Shown: positions 8,424 to 18,126, counted from the first letter of the stretch. The stretch: DNA of 64,000 bases from Dehalococcoidia bacterium (GCA_034421295.1 DAOUKM010000003.1:10915-74914), one strand, 5' to 3'. Program-made: numbers and translations. Notes: a model not told the origin generated them from the letters alone.

Positions 8424-8693
8424 CTAGGCCTCCAGCCGCCTGCGTATCTGCGCCCTGATCTCCTTTACCCTCGGGAGGTCGGGGAACCTGCCATCCTCGT
8501 TCGCCTTGTCGTACAGCGTGTCTCCATCCACGAAGACCTGGAGTACGCCTCCGACCCCCGGGGTCATGGTTATCGACACGTCAGCGCCGCCCTCGGCAAA
8601 GATCTCGGTGGCCATCCAGGCCGCCGTACCGTGGTGGCTTCAAGGGACGCAGTAGCGGATCTCGACGTTCAGCTTGGCGATGGGTTCCGTCAT
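8424..8693 (-). CDS. Rdx (SelT/SelW/SelH) family selenoprotein, CxxU, in-frame TGA at 8642-8640
   Basis: ATG 8693 with AGGAG SD: MTEPIAKLNVEIRYCVP-TGA-SHHGTAAWMATEI...TPGVGGVLQVFVDGDTLYDKANEDGRFPD; both halves are Rdx-like and in frame; 89 aa with Sec. Confidence 0.9.
8606..8631 (-). promoter_or_regulatory. Bacterial SECIS-like hairpin (Rdx gene)
   Basis: CGGU/ACCG lower stem, GGCC/GGCC upper stem, UGGAU loop starting 21 nt after UGA. Confidence 0.6.
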
Positions 8694-8728
8694 CTTACTC
8701 TCCTGCCGCCGGGCTCGACCCGGACGGA

Positions 8729-9745
8729 CTAAGACACCGTCGCCGGGCCGCGGCCCGGTATCTTGCGCAACACGTCGGGGTTGGCAATTGACATAGGATA
8801 CACGCCTCTCAGAATCCGGGCCGCCTCCTCGCCCAGCCTGGACCTGCCCACCGCGTTGGATCGGTCTGACGTGCCAGCAGAATGCGGAGTGACGATCACG
8901 TTGTCCATTGCCAGCAGCGGGTTGTCGTCGGGCGTGGGCTCCTGCTCGAACACGTCGAGCGCGGCGCCGGCTATCTGCCCCTCCCTCAGGGCCCCTATCA
9001 GGGCCGCCTCGTCGTGGGTCGGGCCGCGGCAGGTGTTTATGAAGTAGGCGGTCGGCTTCATGGCCCTGAACAGTGATTCGCCAGCGAGTCCCCTTGTCCC
9101 GTCGTTCAGCGGTACGTGCATCGAGACGTAGTCTGAGGCGGCGGCCAGTTCCTCCATAGTCTCGACCGTCGTGACCTCGTACTCGTCGGCCACCCACGGG
9201 GGCAGGTAGGGGTCGTAGACCATGACCCTCAGGCCGAACACCTTGGCCTTGCGGGCGGTAGGCCTGCCGATGTTGCCCAGGCCGATCAGGCCCAGGGTCT
9301 GCCCGTAGACGGACGGCATAGGCAGCAGGGTCCAGGGGGTCTCCGGCACCCAGCGGCCCTCCCGGACCAGCGTGTTGAGCTGAACCAGCCTCTTTGAGCA
9401 AGCCAGCACGAACAGGATCGTGTGGTTGGCCACCTCGTCGGAGCAGTAACCGGCGCAGTTGACCACCATGATCCCGGCCTCAGTCGCCGCACGATCGTCG
9501 ATGTGGTTAAAGCCGTGGCCAAGGCTCACGATCGCGGTGGCGCCGCGCATGGCCCCAATTGCCGCACTTCCAATGGGCACCGCCTCGCTGATCACAACGT
9601 CGGCATCCTTTACCGCCTCGATCACCTCGCCCTCGCTGCGAACCAGGTGCCTTTCGAAGGTGTGGTCGATGCCGGAGAGCCCATCGAGCGTGAGGGCGAT
9701 GTCGGACTCACGGGAGGATACATACGCGACTTTGGGTTTTCCCAT
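8729..9745 (-). CDS. D-isomer-specific 2-hydroxyacid dehydrogenase (CtBP-like)
   Basis: GQTLGLIGLGNIG, SMHVPLND, FINTCRGP, AALDVFEQEP, VTPHSAG. Confidence 0.93.
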   Translation of the reverse strand: MGKPKVAYVSSRESDIALTLDGLSGIDHTFERHLVRSEGEVIEAVKDADVVISEAVPIGSAAIGAMRGATAIVSLGHGFNHIDDRAATEAGIMVVNCAGYCSDEVANHTILFVLACSKRLVQLNTLVREGRWVPETPWTLLPMPSVYGQTLGLIGLGNIGRPTARKAKVFGLRVMVYDPYLPPWVADEYEVTTVETMEELAAASDYVSMHVPLNDGTRGLAGESLFRAMKPTAYFINTCRGPTHDEAALIGALREGQIAGAALDVFEQEPTPDDNPLLAMDNVIVTPHSAGTSDRSNAVGRSRLGEEAARILRGVYPMSIANPDVLRKIPGRGPATVS

Positions 9746-9757
9746 TGGCTCTCTTTC

Positions 9758-10849
9758 TCAGGCACCAACCAGGTGCGAGTAGTCCTTGCCCCACCTCTCG
9801 GCCAGCTCGACCTCCCGATCCCTTCCCTCATAGTGGGCGGAGTCCGGGGCGGGGTTTTCCCGATACCAGTTGACGGTCTCCGATATCCAGTCGGCCATCG
9901 GCGTCGAGTGCATTGCAAAGTCGCGCCGCGCCTTCTCGACCGACATGACGTAGGGTGACGGTATGTACAGCGGGTCGTAGCTCCAGTCCTTCCAGGGCAG
10001 GTCCGAGAGCAGGTCGCACGCTCTGCCGGGGACGGAGACGGCGTTGAGCTCGGTCCCGCATGCACCGGCCACGGTCTGAAGGTAGTGTCGAAGGGTCGGT
10101 ACCTCGGTCTGGCAGATGTTGTAGATGTTGCCGGCGGCGGTGGCCGAGTCGGCGACGTCGATGAATGCCCTGGCGACATCGTCGCGAAAGCCCAGCCGAA
10201 ACACCCCCGAGCCGCCATCCCTCAGAACGATCGGACGTCCATCCTCGATGCGCTGCTGGTACCACCAGAACCTGAGACTGGGGTCCTCCGGACCCATGGT
10301 GGCCGGGACGCGCATGATGACCCAAGGAAAGTCGCTCGTCTCGGCAAGGTAGCGCTCGATCTGCCTCTTTCCCTGCGCGTACTCGTCCTCTGCGTCGTCG
10401 TAGGACCAGGGAACGGATGCAAGGTCGACCGAGTGCTCGGCGATCGGGCATTCAGCGACCAGGTCCACGAACTGGTCGGAGCGGTCCGGAGGCGGTCCGT
10501 CGTCTCCGCTCGGGCGGCGCGTGAGAGCGTGTCCGGGACCGCCGTATATGGACACTGTGGAAGCCACGATGTAGCGGCCCGTGTTTCCCCTGAGCGCTCG
10601 GACCGCCGACTCTACGTCCTCGACCCTGAAGGCAAGGTTGTCGATCACGGCGTCGAAGCTGCGGCCGGCCAGATTGGACCGGAAGGAATCGGAGTCTGTT
10701 CGGTCTCCGATTATGTGGTCGCAATCGTCCCAGAACTCGGGCCGTGTGTTGCCCCTCGAATAGATCGTCACCTCGTCGCCGCGCGCAAGGAGCGATTGGA
10801 CGATGATCTTCCCGAAGTAGAGGGTGCCGCCCAACACGAGTATTTTCAT
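9758..10849 (-). CDS. NAD-dependent epimerase/dehydratase family protein
   Basis: MKILVLGGTLYFG Rossmann motif, STVSIYG, YAQGK (YxxxK). Confidence 0.88.
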   Translation of the reverse strand: MKILVLGGTLYFGKIIVQSLLARGDEVTIYSRGNTRPEFWDDCDHIIGDRTDSDSFRSNLAGRSFDAVIDNLAFRVEDVESAVRALRGNTGRYIVASTVSIYGGPGHALTRRPSGDDGPPPDRSDQFVDLVAECPIAEHSVDLASVPWSYDDAEDEYAQGKRQIERYLAETSDFPWVIMRVPATMGPEDPSLRFWWYQQRIEDGRPIVLRDGGSGVFRLGFRDDVARAFIDVADSATAAGNIYNICQTEVPTLRHYLQTVAGACGTELNAVSVPGRACDLLSDLPWKDWSYDPLYIPSPYVMSVEKARRDFAMHSTPMADWISETVNWYRENPAPDSAHYEGRDREVELAERWGKDYSHLVGA

Positions 10850-10977
10850 TAGACTCCGCCCATCTCGATAGCTCGATCGGCCGGCATTATACGATGGATG
10901 GCACGGCCCCGGATCGAGTGTGGGGCCGGGCGACGTGGTGCTAAGATTGCCGCTATCGCGAACATCGGGGGTGTGCG

Positions 10978-11592
10978 GTGCTCAGAGTCCAGATCTTCTA
11001 CGACTACATATGACCGTTCGTGCACAATGCAGCCGTGTGGCTGGATAAGGCACGCGCCGCAGGGTTCGAGGTCGACGTGACCTGGCGCGCCTTCCTCCTC
11101 GATGAGGCCGCGCGCAGCGACGGCGAGGCGCTGTGGGACAGGCCGGAGGATGAACGGGGCCGCTCGTTCCTTTCGCTCCTGGTGGGCAAGGCGGCGGCCA
11201 GGCAGGGCAGGGAGCAGTTCGAGCGCTTTCACAGGGCCCTGCTGGCGGCCCGTCATGACGGCGGCCGAATCCGCCTGGACAGGCTCGGCCCGCTCGTTGA
11301 AATCGCCGAGGAGCAGGGCCTCGATGGGGGCCGCCTGGCTCGCGATCTCGAGGACCCGGACCTCGTGGCGGAGGTGGCGGCCGACCACAGGGAGGCGGTA
11401 TCCGAACACGGGGTATTCGGTACTCCGACATTCCTGTTCGAAAACGGGCATTCGGTGTTCCTTAAGACATTCATACCCCCGGATGACGAGGCGGCCGAAG
11501 CGATGGCCCACTTTGCGGGCCTGTTCGCTGAGAGGAGCTACGTCGGCGAGGTAAAGCGCCCCCAGCCACCCTGGCCGAAGGGTGCGATCTAG
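10978..11592 (+). CDS. DsbA/thioredoxin-fold selenoprotein, in-frame TGA at 11011-11013
   Basis: GTG 10978 after GGGGGTG SD: MLRVQIFYDYI-TGA-PFVHNAAVWL...VTWRAFLL...HGVFGTPTFLF; TGA sits at the Cys position of the DsbA-family FxDYxCPF motif; 204 aa with Sec. Confidence 0.88.
11019..11054 (+). promoter_or_regulatory. Bacterial SECIS-like hairpin (DsbA-like gene)
   Basis: CGUGC/GCACG lower stem, CAGCC/GGCUG upper stem, GUGU loop starting 21 nt after UGA. Confidence 0.68.
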
Positions 11593-12295
11593 GAATCCCT
11601 CTCCAGATCGGTCGCGCGATCTAGCCGACCTGCAGTCCCGGATCGGGTGCACGTTCTCCGATGCGGGGCTGCTTGAACTTGCGCTTGTTCACCCCTCCGT
11701 GGTCAACGAGGAAGGCTCAGCGCGCACTCTCTCCAACCAGAGGCTCGAGTTCCTCGGGGATGCCGTCGTGGACCTGGCCGTGGCAGAGGAGCTGTACCGG
11801 CGACACCCTGACTGGAGCGAGGGTCGTCTCACCTCGGTCCGGTCGGCCCTCGTCAGCGGCCAGACCCTGGCGGCGGCGGCGGCGGACATCGGCCTGGGGC
11901 GGTACCTGGCGCTGGGCAGGGGTGAGGAGGCGCTCGGTGGCCGCGGGCGGCAGTCGAATCTGGCGGCGGCGCTGGAGTCCGTCGTCGGCGCCAGGTTCCT
12001 CGACGCAGGTTACGAGGCGGCCCTTGAGCTGGCACTGAGCCTGTTGGGTGACAGGCTAGACGAGGCGGGCCGGGGAGCCGCTTCCAACCCCAAGTCCGAG
12101 CTCCAGGAGCTGGCGCAGGGCAGGGGGTGGCAGCCACCCCTGTACAGGATCGTCGAGCAGTCCGGTGAGCCCCATCTGCCCTCCTTTGTGGCCGAGGTGG
12201 AGGTCGACGGCAGGGTGGCGGGCCGGGGTTCGGGGTCCCGCAAGGCCAGCGCCGAGCAGGCCGCCGCAAGTCAGGCCCTGACCGAGCTTTCCTGA
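11582..12295 (+). CDS. rnc: Ribonuclease III
   Basis: NQRLEFLGDAVV signature, ALESVVGA, C-terminal dsRBD (NPKSELQE...GSGSRKASAEQAAA). Confidence 0.98.
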   Translation: MRSRNPSPDRSRDLADLQSRIGCTFSDAGLLELALVHPSVVNEEGSARTLSNQRLEFLGDAVVDLAVAEELYRRHPDWSEGRLTSVRSALVSGQTLAAAAADIGLGRYLALGRGEEALGGRGRQSNLAAALESVVGARFLDAGYEAALELALSLLGDRLDEAGRGAASNPKSELQELAQGRGWQPPLYRIVEQSGEPHLPSFVAEVEVDGRVAGRGSGSRKASAEQAAASQALTELS

Positions 12296-12305
12296 CCCGG
12301 GGCTC

Positions 12306-13541
12306 CTAGTCCGGGACGGGCAGGCGATCGGCCAGCGCGGCGACCTCCCTGCGTACAGAGTCCTCCACTCCCGCCCTGTCGACGCCCTTCAGGGCCTGGA
12401 GTATCAGCTCTCCGACCCTTCGTGAGTCGTCCTCTGTAAAGCCCCTGCTGCTGATGGCGGGTGTGCCCAGCCGCAGGCCGCTGGTTACGCGGGGCTTTTC
12501 AGGGTCATACGGGATGGCGTTCCGGTTGGTCGTGATGCGCACGCGGTCGAGCGCCTCCTCCGCGGCCCGGCCGGTCAGGCCAAGGGGGCGCAGGTCGACC
12601 AGCACCATGTGGTTGTCCGTTCCGCCGGAGACGATGCGCGCCCCTCCGTCCCCGAGCACCTCGGCCAAGGCCGCCGCATTCGCCGTGATCGCCTGCGTGT
12701 AGCTTTTGAACCGGGAGGTCAGCGCCTCACCGTATGCGACCGCCTTGGCCGCCACAGAGTGCATGAGCGGGCCGCCCTGGACATTGGGGAAAACTCCGCG
12801 GTCGACGGACGTCGCCAGCTCCTCGGTGGTCAGGATCATCCCTCCCCGCGGGCCCCGGAGCGTCTTGTGCGTGGTTGAGGTCACCACGTGCGCATGCCTG
12901 ACCGGTGACGGGTGGGCTCCGCCGGCGACGAGCCCGGAGAAATGAGCCATGTCGACCATGAGCAGCGCTCCGACATCGTCGGCTATCTGCCGAAAGCGCC
13001 GAAAGTCGAAGAACCGCGGATACGCGGTGGCCCCGGTGACCAGGATCTTGGGCCTGTGCTCCTCGGCCAGCCGGGCCACCGCGTCCATGTCTATCAGCTC
13101 TGTCTCGCGGTCTACACCGTAGGACACGAAGTTGTAGTGCCTGCCCGAGAAGTTGACCGGACTGCCGTGGGTCAGGTGGCCGCCCTGGTCCAGCCTGAGT
13201 CCCATCACCGTGTCGCCCGGTTGCAGCTGCGAATGGTAGACGGCCATGTTGGCCTGCGCTCCGGAGTGTGGCTGGACGTTGGCATGCTCGGCGCCGAACA
13301 GGCGCTTGGCCCGGGCTATCGCCAGGTTCTCGGCGACGTCCACGAATTCGCAGCCGCCATAGTAGCGGCGCCCCGGATAGCCCTCGGCGTACTTGTTGGT
13401 CAGCACCGATCCCTGCGCCTCTCGTACCGCCCTGCTTGCGTAGTTCTCAGAGGCGATCAGGTTGATGCTTTGCCGCTGCCGGGCGCTTTCCTCGGCGATG
13501 GCGCTCGCGAGCTCGGGGTCGCAACTGGCTAGAGAGGTCAA
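12306..13541 (-). CDS. glyA: Serine hydroxymethyltransferase
   Basis: TTG 13541 with GGAG SD; [51 protein letters not shown]. Confidence 0.98.
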   Translation of the reverse strand: MTSLASCDPELASAIAEESARQRQSINLIASENYASRAVREAQGSVLTNKYAEGYPGRRYYGGCEFVDVAENLAIARAKRLFGAEHANVQPHSGAQANMAVYHSQLQPGDTVMGLRLDQGGHLTHGSPVNFSGRHYNFVSYGVDRETELIDMDAVARLAEEHRPKILVTGATAYPRFFDFRRFRQIADDVGALLMVDMAHFSGLVAGGAHPSPVRHAHVVTSTTHKTLRGPRGGMILTTEELATSVDRGVFPNVQGGPLMHSVAAKAVAYGEALTSRFKSYTQAITANAAALAEVLGDGGARIVSGGTDNHMVLVDLRPLGLTGRAAEEALDRVRITTNRNAIPYDPEKPRVTSGLRLGTPAISSRGFTEDDSRRVGELILQALKGVDRAGVEDSVRREVAALADRLPVPD

Positions 13542-13626
13542 ATCTGGTCTCCAATATGGGGGTAAGGGCGGCCTGTGGACCTGCCGGGGTCCGCGGATAT
13601 CCGTATCAGCGGGCCGATGCGGGCAG

Positions 13627-14241
13627 TCAGTCCAGGAGCTGAGGCTCGAGCAGTCCGTAGTCCCCGTCTCGGCGCCGGTAGACCACGCTGTAGGCCTGCG
13701 ATTCCAGGTTGTAGAACAGGAAGAAGGCGTGACTGAGCATCTCCATCTCTTCAATCGCGTCCTCAACCCGCATGGGCGCCATGGCAAAACGCTTGGTGCG
13801 GATCACCTTGCCAGGCGGGGGGCCGTCTACGGCGACAGGCTCGGTCACCGGATCGCCTTCGGTTCCGGGGGGCCCGTCTTCCGGGGCGGACCTTGCGGAC
13901 CTGCGGGCCGCAGAGGTCCGGTAGAACCGTGTCTTGTAGCGCCGGATCTGTCGGTCGAGCACGTCCGTCACAAGGTCGACGGCCTGCTGGGCGGAGGCCC
14001 CTCGTTCTTGGCCCCTCAGGGACCTTCCGTTGGTGGTGATCGTCAGCTGCGCCACAACGCGCTCTTCGGCTGACCTTGCCGAGGTCTGGGAAATCTCCAG
14101 CTCGGCGGCCGACATCGTGCGAAGGTGCCGGGCCAGCCGGCCGAACTTTCGGCGGGCATAGCGCTCGGTCCTTTCGTCCAGGCGCATGTTGCGCGTGTGG
14201 ATCGTTAGGTGCGGGTCTTGCGTCTGTTGCTCAGGGTCCAT
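13627..14241 (-). CDS. hpf: Ribosome hibernation promoting factor (long HPF/RaiA, S30AE C-terminal domain)
   Basis: IHTRNMRL...[17 protein letters not shown]; C-terminal [31 protein letters not shown]...[12 protein letters not shown]. Confidence 0.95.
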   Translation of the reverse strand: MDPEQQTQDPHLTIHTRNMRLDERTERYARRKFGRLARHLRTMSAAELEISQTSARSAEERVVAQLTITTNGRSLRGQERGASAQQAVDLVTDVLDRQIRRYKTRFYRTSAARRSARSAPEDGPPGTEGDPVTEPVAVDGPPPGKVIRTKRFAMAPMRVEDAIEEMEMLSHAFFLFYNLESQAYSVVYRRRDGDYGLLEPQLLD

Positions 14242-14475
14242 AAGAACTCCATTTTACGGTCGGCACGGAGGTTGATACAAGGGCGATTAACGCCGTGGAC
14301 AAGGCGTCCAGCGTCAATCCTCAGGTTGTCGGCATAACGGTGCTGTGATAGCTTGGCGGCGGGGCCCGAGGGCCGTTTCGCCGGGCACGGTGAGGGCCGG
14401 GGTGCCCAGGGCTCCGCCCGGCAGGCCCGTCCGGAGATGGTCCTGTCGAACTGCCGGGCCGGAGGGAGGAAGAGC

Positions 14476-15495
14476 ATAGCTAGCCTTACGCTCACCGAAT
14501 TGGCGGCTGATGGGGATAATCCTTTCGGGTCCCAATCTGGCGCCTGCGAAACCCTGCTGGGCAGGACCGCATGCCCCACCGTCTTCTCTGCCCCCTGGTG
14601 GATATCGGCCTGGCACCAGGTCTTCGTCGACGGCGATGGCGATGGCGCCAGGATCATCGAGATCAGGGACGCCTGCGACCTTGTGGGAATCGCGCCGCTG
14701 ATCAGGGCCGGTGACAGTCTGCTGCTCGCCGGCGACCCGGACCTGTTCGATTACCAGGACTTCATCCTGGTTAAGGGGCGGGAGCTGGAGCTTACCGGTG
14801 CGATCCTGGATTTCCTGGAGGATCGGCGGTACGGCCAGGCTCCCTGGCGATCGCTCGAGCTCCCGTCGACCCGGGACGAATCCCCCACGAACGAGGCGCT
14901 GACCGCCGCAGCACAGAGCAGGGGCCTTACCGTCGACAGGCATCAGGTAGGGGTGGCCCCGGTCGTGGATTTGCCCGGATCCTGGGAGGAGTACGTAAGT
15001 TCCCTTCCCAAAAAGCACAGGCACGAGCTGCGCCGAAAGATGAGGAGGCTGGAGGCAAGCGGTCAGGTGCGACAGGTTACCTTCGCAGGTGAGGACGGTC
15101 TGGAACCCCGGGTGGAGGAGTTTCTCAGTCTGATGAGCGCCACCAGCGAGGATAAGGCCGCCTTCCTGACGCCGGAGCGACGCCGCTTCTTCCATCTGCT
15201 CGCTCAGGAGGCGGCGTCGCGCGGGGCGCTGCGGCTGTCGTTCCTGGAGATCGACGGCCTTCGGACGGCGGCATGTCTGATCTTCGATTTCGCCGGAGCC
15301 TACATGCTCTATAACAGCGGCTACGATCCCGCCAGGTCGGACCTGAGCGTCGGCCTGATAAACAAGGCCTACGCGATCCGCGAGGCTATCGAGTCCGGGC
15401 GTCGCCGATTCGACTTCCTCAAGGGCGCCGAGCGCTATAAGTACAGCCTGGGCGGTCAGGACAGGGCCATATATCGAATCGTCGTAACCCGGTAG
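14476..15495 (+). CDS. GNAT family acetyltransferase (CelD/BcsL, Acetyltransf_6 type); probable ATA start
   Basis: TVFSAPWW, KKHRHELRRKMRRLE, YNSGYDP..SVG, RFDFLKGAERYKYSLG; GGAGG 6 nt before ATA at 14476 (alternative ATG 14437 has no spaced SD). Confidence 0.85.
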   Translation: MASLTLTELAADGDNPFGSQSGACETLLGRTACPTVFSAPWWISAWHQVFVDGDGDGARIIEIRDACDLVGIAPLIRAGDSLLLAGDPDLFDYQDFILVKGRELELTGAILDFLEDRRYGQAPWRSLELPSTRDESPTNEALTAAAQSRGLTVDRHQVGVAPVVDLPGSWEEYVSSLPKKHRHELRRKMRRLEASGQVRQVTFAGEDGLEPRVEEFLSLMSATSEDKAAFLTPERRRFFHLLAQEAASRGALRLSFLEIDGLRTAACLIFDFAGAYMLYNSGYDPARSDLSVGLINKAYAIREAIESGRRRFDFLKGAERYKYSLGGQDRAIYRIVVTR

Positions 15496-15497
15496 GT

Positions 15498-16730
15498 ATG
15501 GTGGACGGCCTCGCTCTCATAAGCCTTCACAGCTGCCCGGCGGCCCGCCCGGGGCGGCGCGACACGGGCGGCATGAATGTGTACCTGCTGCAGGTCGCCC
15601 GACAGCTCGGGCGCGCCGGTGTCAGGGTCGACGTCTTCACCCGCCACCACGACCCGGCGGACCCGCAGGTAGTAAGCCTCGGCGAGAACGCCAGGGTTGT
15701 ACACATTCGCGCTGGAAGTACCGGGGAGCGCAAGGAGAACCTTCACGAGGCGGTCCCGGAGTTCGTGGCCAACCTGCAGGACTACGCGAGGCTGTGCGGG
15801 CTGCGTTACGACCTCCTTCACTCTCACTACTGGCTCTCCGGGCTGGCCGGCATGCAGCTGTCGCGGGCGCTGGACGTCCCGCACGTCGCCACCTTCCATA
15901 CCCTGGGCAAGCTCAAGCTGCAGGCCCGCCCGGGTGAGAGCGAGTCGGCGGTTCGAATAAGCGCGGAGACCACTCTGCTCCGCTCGGTGGACGGCGTCGT
16001 GGTCTCGACCCGCGCCGAGGCCGAGGAGATGACCAGGCTCTACGGGGTGGACCCAGGCCGCGTGGCGGTGATCGCCCCGGGCGTGGACCTGGAACTGTTC
16101 AGGCCCATAGACAGCTCCCTGGCACGGGAAAGGCTCGGTGTGACCGAGCCCAGCATGGTGCTGTATGTGGGCAGGCTCGAACCTCTGAAGGGGCTGGACA
16201 TACTGGTCAGGGCGGTGGCGGATCTGGCGATGTCGGACACCACCCGACTCGTTGTGGTCGGCGGAGACTCTGATTCCGACCAGCTCGTTGGCGAGCTCGG
16301 GGCTCTCGCGCGTTCGGTGGGCGTTGCCGAGAGGGTGACCTTCGCAGGAGCGGTCCCGCAGCGAGATCTGCCCTGGTACTACAGTGCAGCCGACGTCCTT
16401 GTGTTGCCCTCGCACTACGAGAGCTTCGGCATGGTGGCCCTCGAGGCCATGGCGTGCGGGACGCCGGTGGTTGTCTCGAGGGTAGGGGGTCTTAAGACCT
16501 TTGTGAGAAACGGCGAGAGCGGCTACCTGGTGCCCTGGCGGTGTTCGGACCCATTCTCCCAGCAGATAGAGATGATCCTGGCCAGCCCGTCGCTTCGCCG
16601 GGCGATGGGAGATGCGGCCCTGCTCGCAGCCCGGGGAATGGGCTGGACCGGGGTATCTTCCCGACTGATGGATTTCTATGATTCATTCATAGACAGCCCC
16701 GTTGCCCTGGTGGGGGCGGGCGGAGCGTGA
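15498..16730 (+). CDS. GT4 glycosyltransferase, MshA-like (D-inositol-3-phosphate glycosyltransferase type)
   Basis: HSCPAARPGRRDTGGMNVY, LHSHYWLSG, VGRLEPLKG, PSHYESFGMVALEAMACGTPV. Confidence 0.88.
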   Translation: MVDGLALISLHSCPAARPGRRDTGGMNVYLLQVARQLGRAGVRVDVFTRHHDPADPQVVSLGENARVVHIRAGSTGERKENLHEAVPEFVANLQDYARLCGLRYDLLHSHYWLSGLAGMQLSRALDVPHVATFHTLGKLKLQARPGESESAVRISAETTLLRSVDGVVVSTRAEAEEMTRLYGVDPGRVAVIAPGVDLELFRPIDSSLARERLGVTEPSMVLYVGRLEPLKGLDILVRAVADLAMSDTTRLVVVGGDSDSDQLVGELGALARSVGVAERVTFAGAVPQRDLPWYYSAADVLVLPSHYESFGMVALEAMACGTPVVVSRVGGLKTFVRNGESGYLVPWRCSDPFSQQIEMILASPSLRRAMGDAALLAARGMGWTGVSSRLMDFYDSFIDSPVALVGAGGA

Positions 16731-16733
16731 GAG

Positions 16734-17432
16734 TTGGACCGCAGAGGACGCCCCGATCGGGAGGATGCCAGGCCTGAGACCGGAGAGGTCAGGGTCAATT
16801 TCCTGACCAGGGTCGAGCGCCACGTGTGGCGCCGGGTCGTATCCGGTTTCCTGGTCGTCGTGCCACTGGCCCTGACATTCCTGGTGTTCAGGTTCGTCGT
16901 GACGTACCTGGACGATATCCTCCGCCCCAGGTTCACCAACACTCCGCTGGACTTTCCCGGCATCGGGCTGGTCGTGATCCTGGTCGCCCTGTATCTGATC
17001 GGGGCCACAGTCTCCGCAAGGCTCGGGCGCAAGGCCTTTGACGTGCAGCACGCCGTACTCGCCAGGGTCCCGGTCGTTAAGTCCGTCTACGGTGTGGCGC
17101 GGCAGGCGACCGATGCCCTTTCCACGCCGATGGAGCGGCAGATCAACCGGGTTGTGTTCATAGAATGGCCCAGGCCGGGCTACAGGGCCCTGGGCTTTGT
17201 CACCGGCTACATTCCGGCCGACGATAACCATCCGACATGGGTGATCGTCTATGTACCGACGGTGCCCAATCCCACATCAGGCAATCTGGCGTTCGTGGTG
17301 GAAGAGGAGGTCATCGACACCAACATCTCGGTTGAAGAGGCGATGAAGACGGTCTTTTCCGGCGGTACGATCCCGCCTATCCTGAGGCAGGGCAGCTTCC
17401 GCAGGGAACGCGGCGAACCGCCCGACCCCTAG
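16734..17432 (+). CDS. DUF502 family membrane protein
   Basis: GFLVVVPLALT, RVPVVKSVY, VFIEWPRPG..ALGFVT, VYVPTVPNPTSG. Confidence 0.9.
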   Translation: MDRRGRPDREDARPETGEVRVNFLTRVERHVWRRVVSGFLVVVPLALTFLVFRFVVTYLDDILRPRFTNTPLDFPGIGLVVILVALYLIGATVSARLGRKAFDVQHAVLARVPVVKSVYGVARQATDALSTPMERQINRVVFIEWPRPGYRALGFVTGYIPADDNHPTWVIVYVPTVPNPTSGNLAFVVEEEVIDTNISVEEAMKTVFSGGTIPPILRQGSFRRERGEPPDP

Positions 17433-17724
17433 TCTCCGGGTCTGCCGGCAACAGACACTTTCGCCCGGGACGCCTTCCTGCTGCCGATTCCGGCGCTGCG
17501 GCGGTCCGGGACGAGGGCAATGCGGCAGCCGGGTGATCTCAGAGAGAGGCTCAAGGTGCTGGCGGCGTCGTGGTTACGCCGAGTTAAGGAGCCGTCGAAC
17601 GACCCGTTCCTGCCGAGGGCACACAGGGCCGCCCAGCCCCAGAGGTGGTGTCGTCTGGCAGGGGTTAGGTGGTCGGGCGATTGGCAGTCCAGTCATCCGA
17701 AGGGCGCCCGCCGCTCCGCAGGTT

Positions 17725-18126
17725 TCAGTCCGCTGTGTAGCCCATGATGAGATCGCGGAGGCTCACCATTCCGATGGCGTTGCGATCATAGTCCACGACC
17801 ACGGCGCGTGAGAGCCCGAAGCGCGCGAGCAGTCGGACGGCGTACCTGGTGAGCATGTCCTCCGGCACGGTCAGCAGTGGCTTGGACATGATCTCGTAGA
17901 CGTTGACGCGCTCCGGGGCGCGATTGTCGGCGATCACGTCGCGCGCGATGTCGGCGACCACGATCAGGCCAAGCTCATCGTCCTCGGTCCGTCGGTCGAC
18001 GACGAGAGAGCTTACGCGGTGCCGCCTCATCAGCGCCATGGCATCGGCGACGGTGGCGAGTCCGTCGATCGTGTGCAACTCTTCGACCATGAGGTCTCTC
18101 ACCCTGACGGGGCTATCGTCTGTCAT
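17725..18126 (-). CDS. Stand-alone CBS domain pair protein
   Basis: VRDLMVEE...TVADAMALMRRHRVSSLVV...GLI; VYEIMSKPLLTV...IGMVSLRDL. Confidence 0.9.
   Translation of the reverse strand: MTDDSPVRVRDLMVEELHTIDGLATVADAMALMRRHRVSSLVVDRRTEDDELGLIVVADIARDVIADNRAPERVNVYEIMSKPLLTVPEDMLTRYAVRLLARFGLSRAVVVDYDRNAIGMVSLRDLIMGYTAD

Noticed and set aside
13542-13626. ZTP (pfl) riboswitch before glyA
   Set aside because: 85-nt gap lacks the conserved CGCCUGGGC-type 3' segment.
14242-14350. raiA-motif RNA upstream of hpf
   Set aside because: Region is short and I found no recognisable conserved blocks.
17440-17720. ORF 17520-17747 or a structured RNA between convergent genes
   Set aside because: No motif; GC-rich hairpins are no better than expected by chance.
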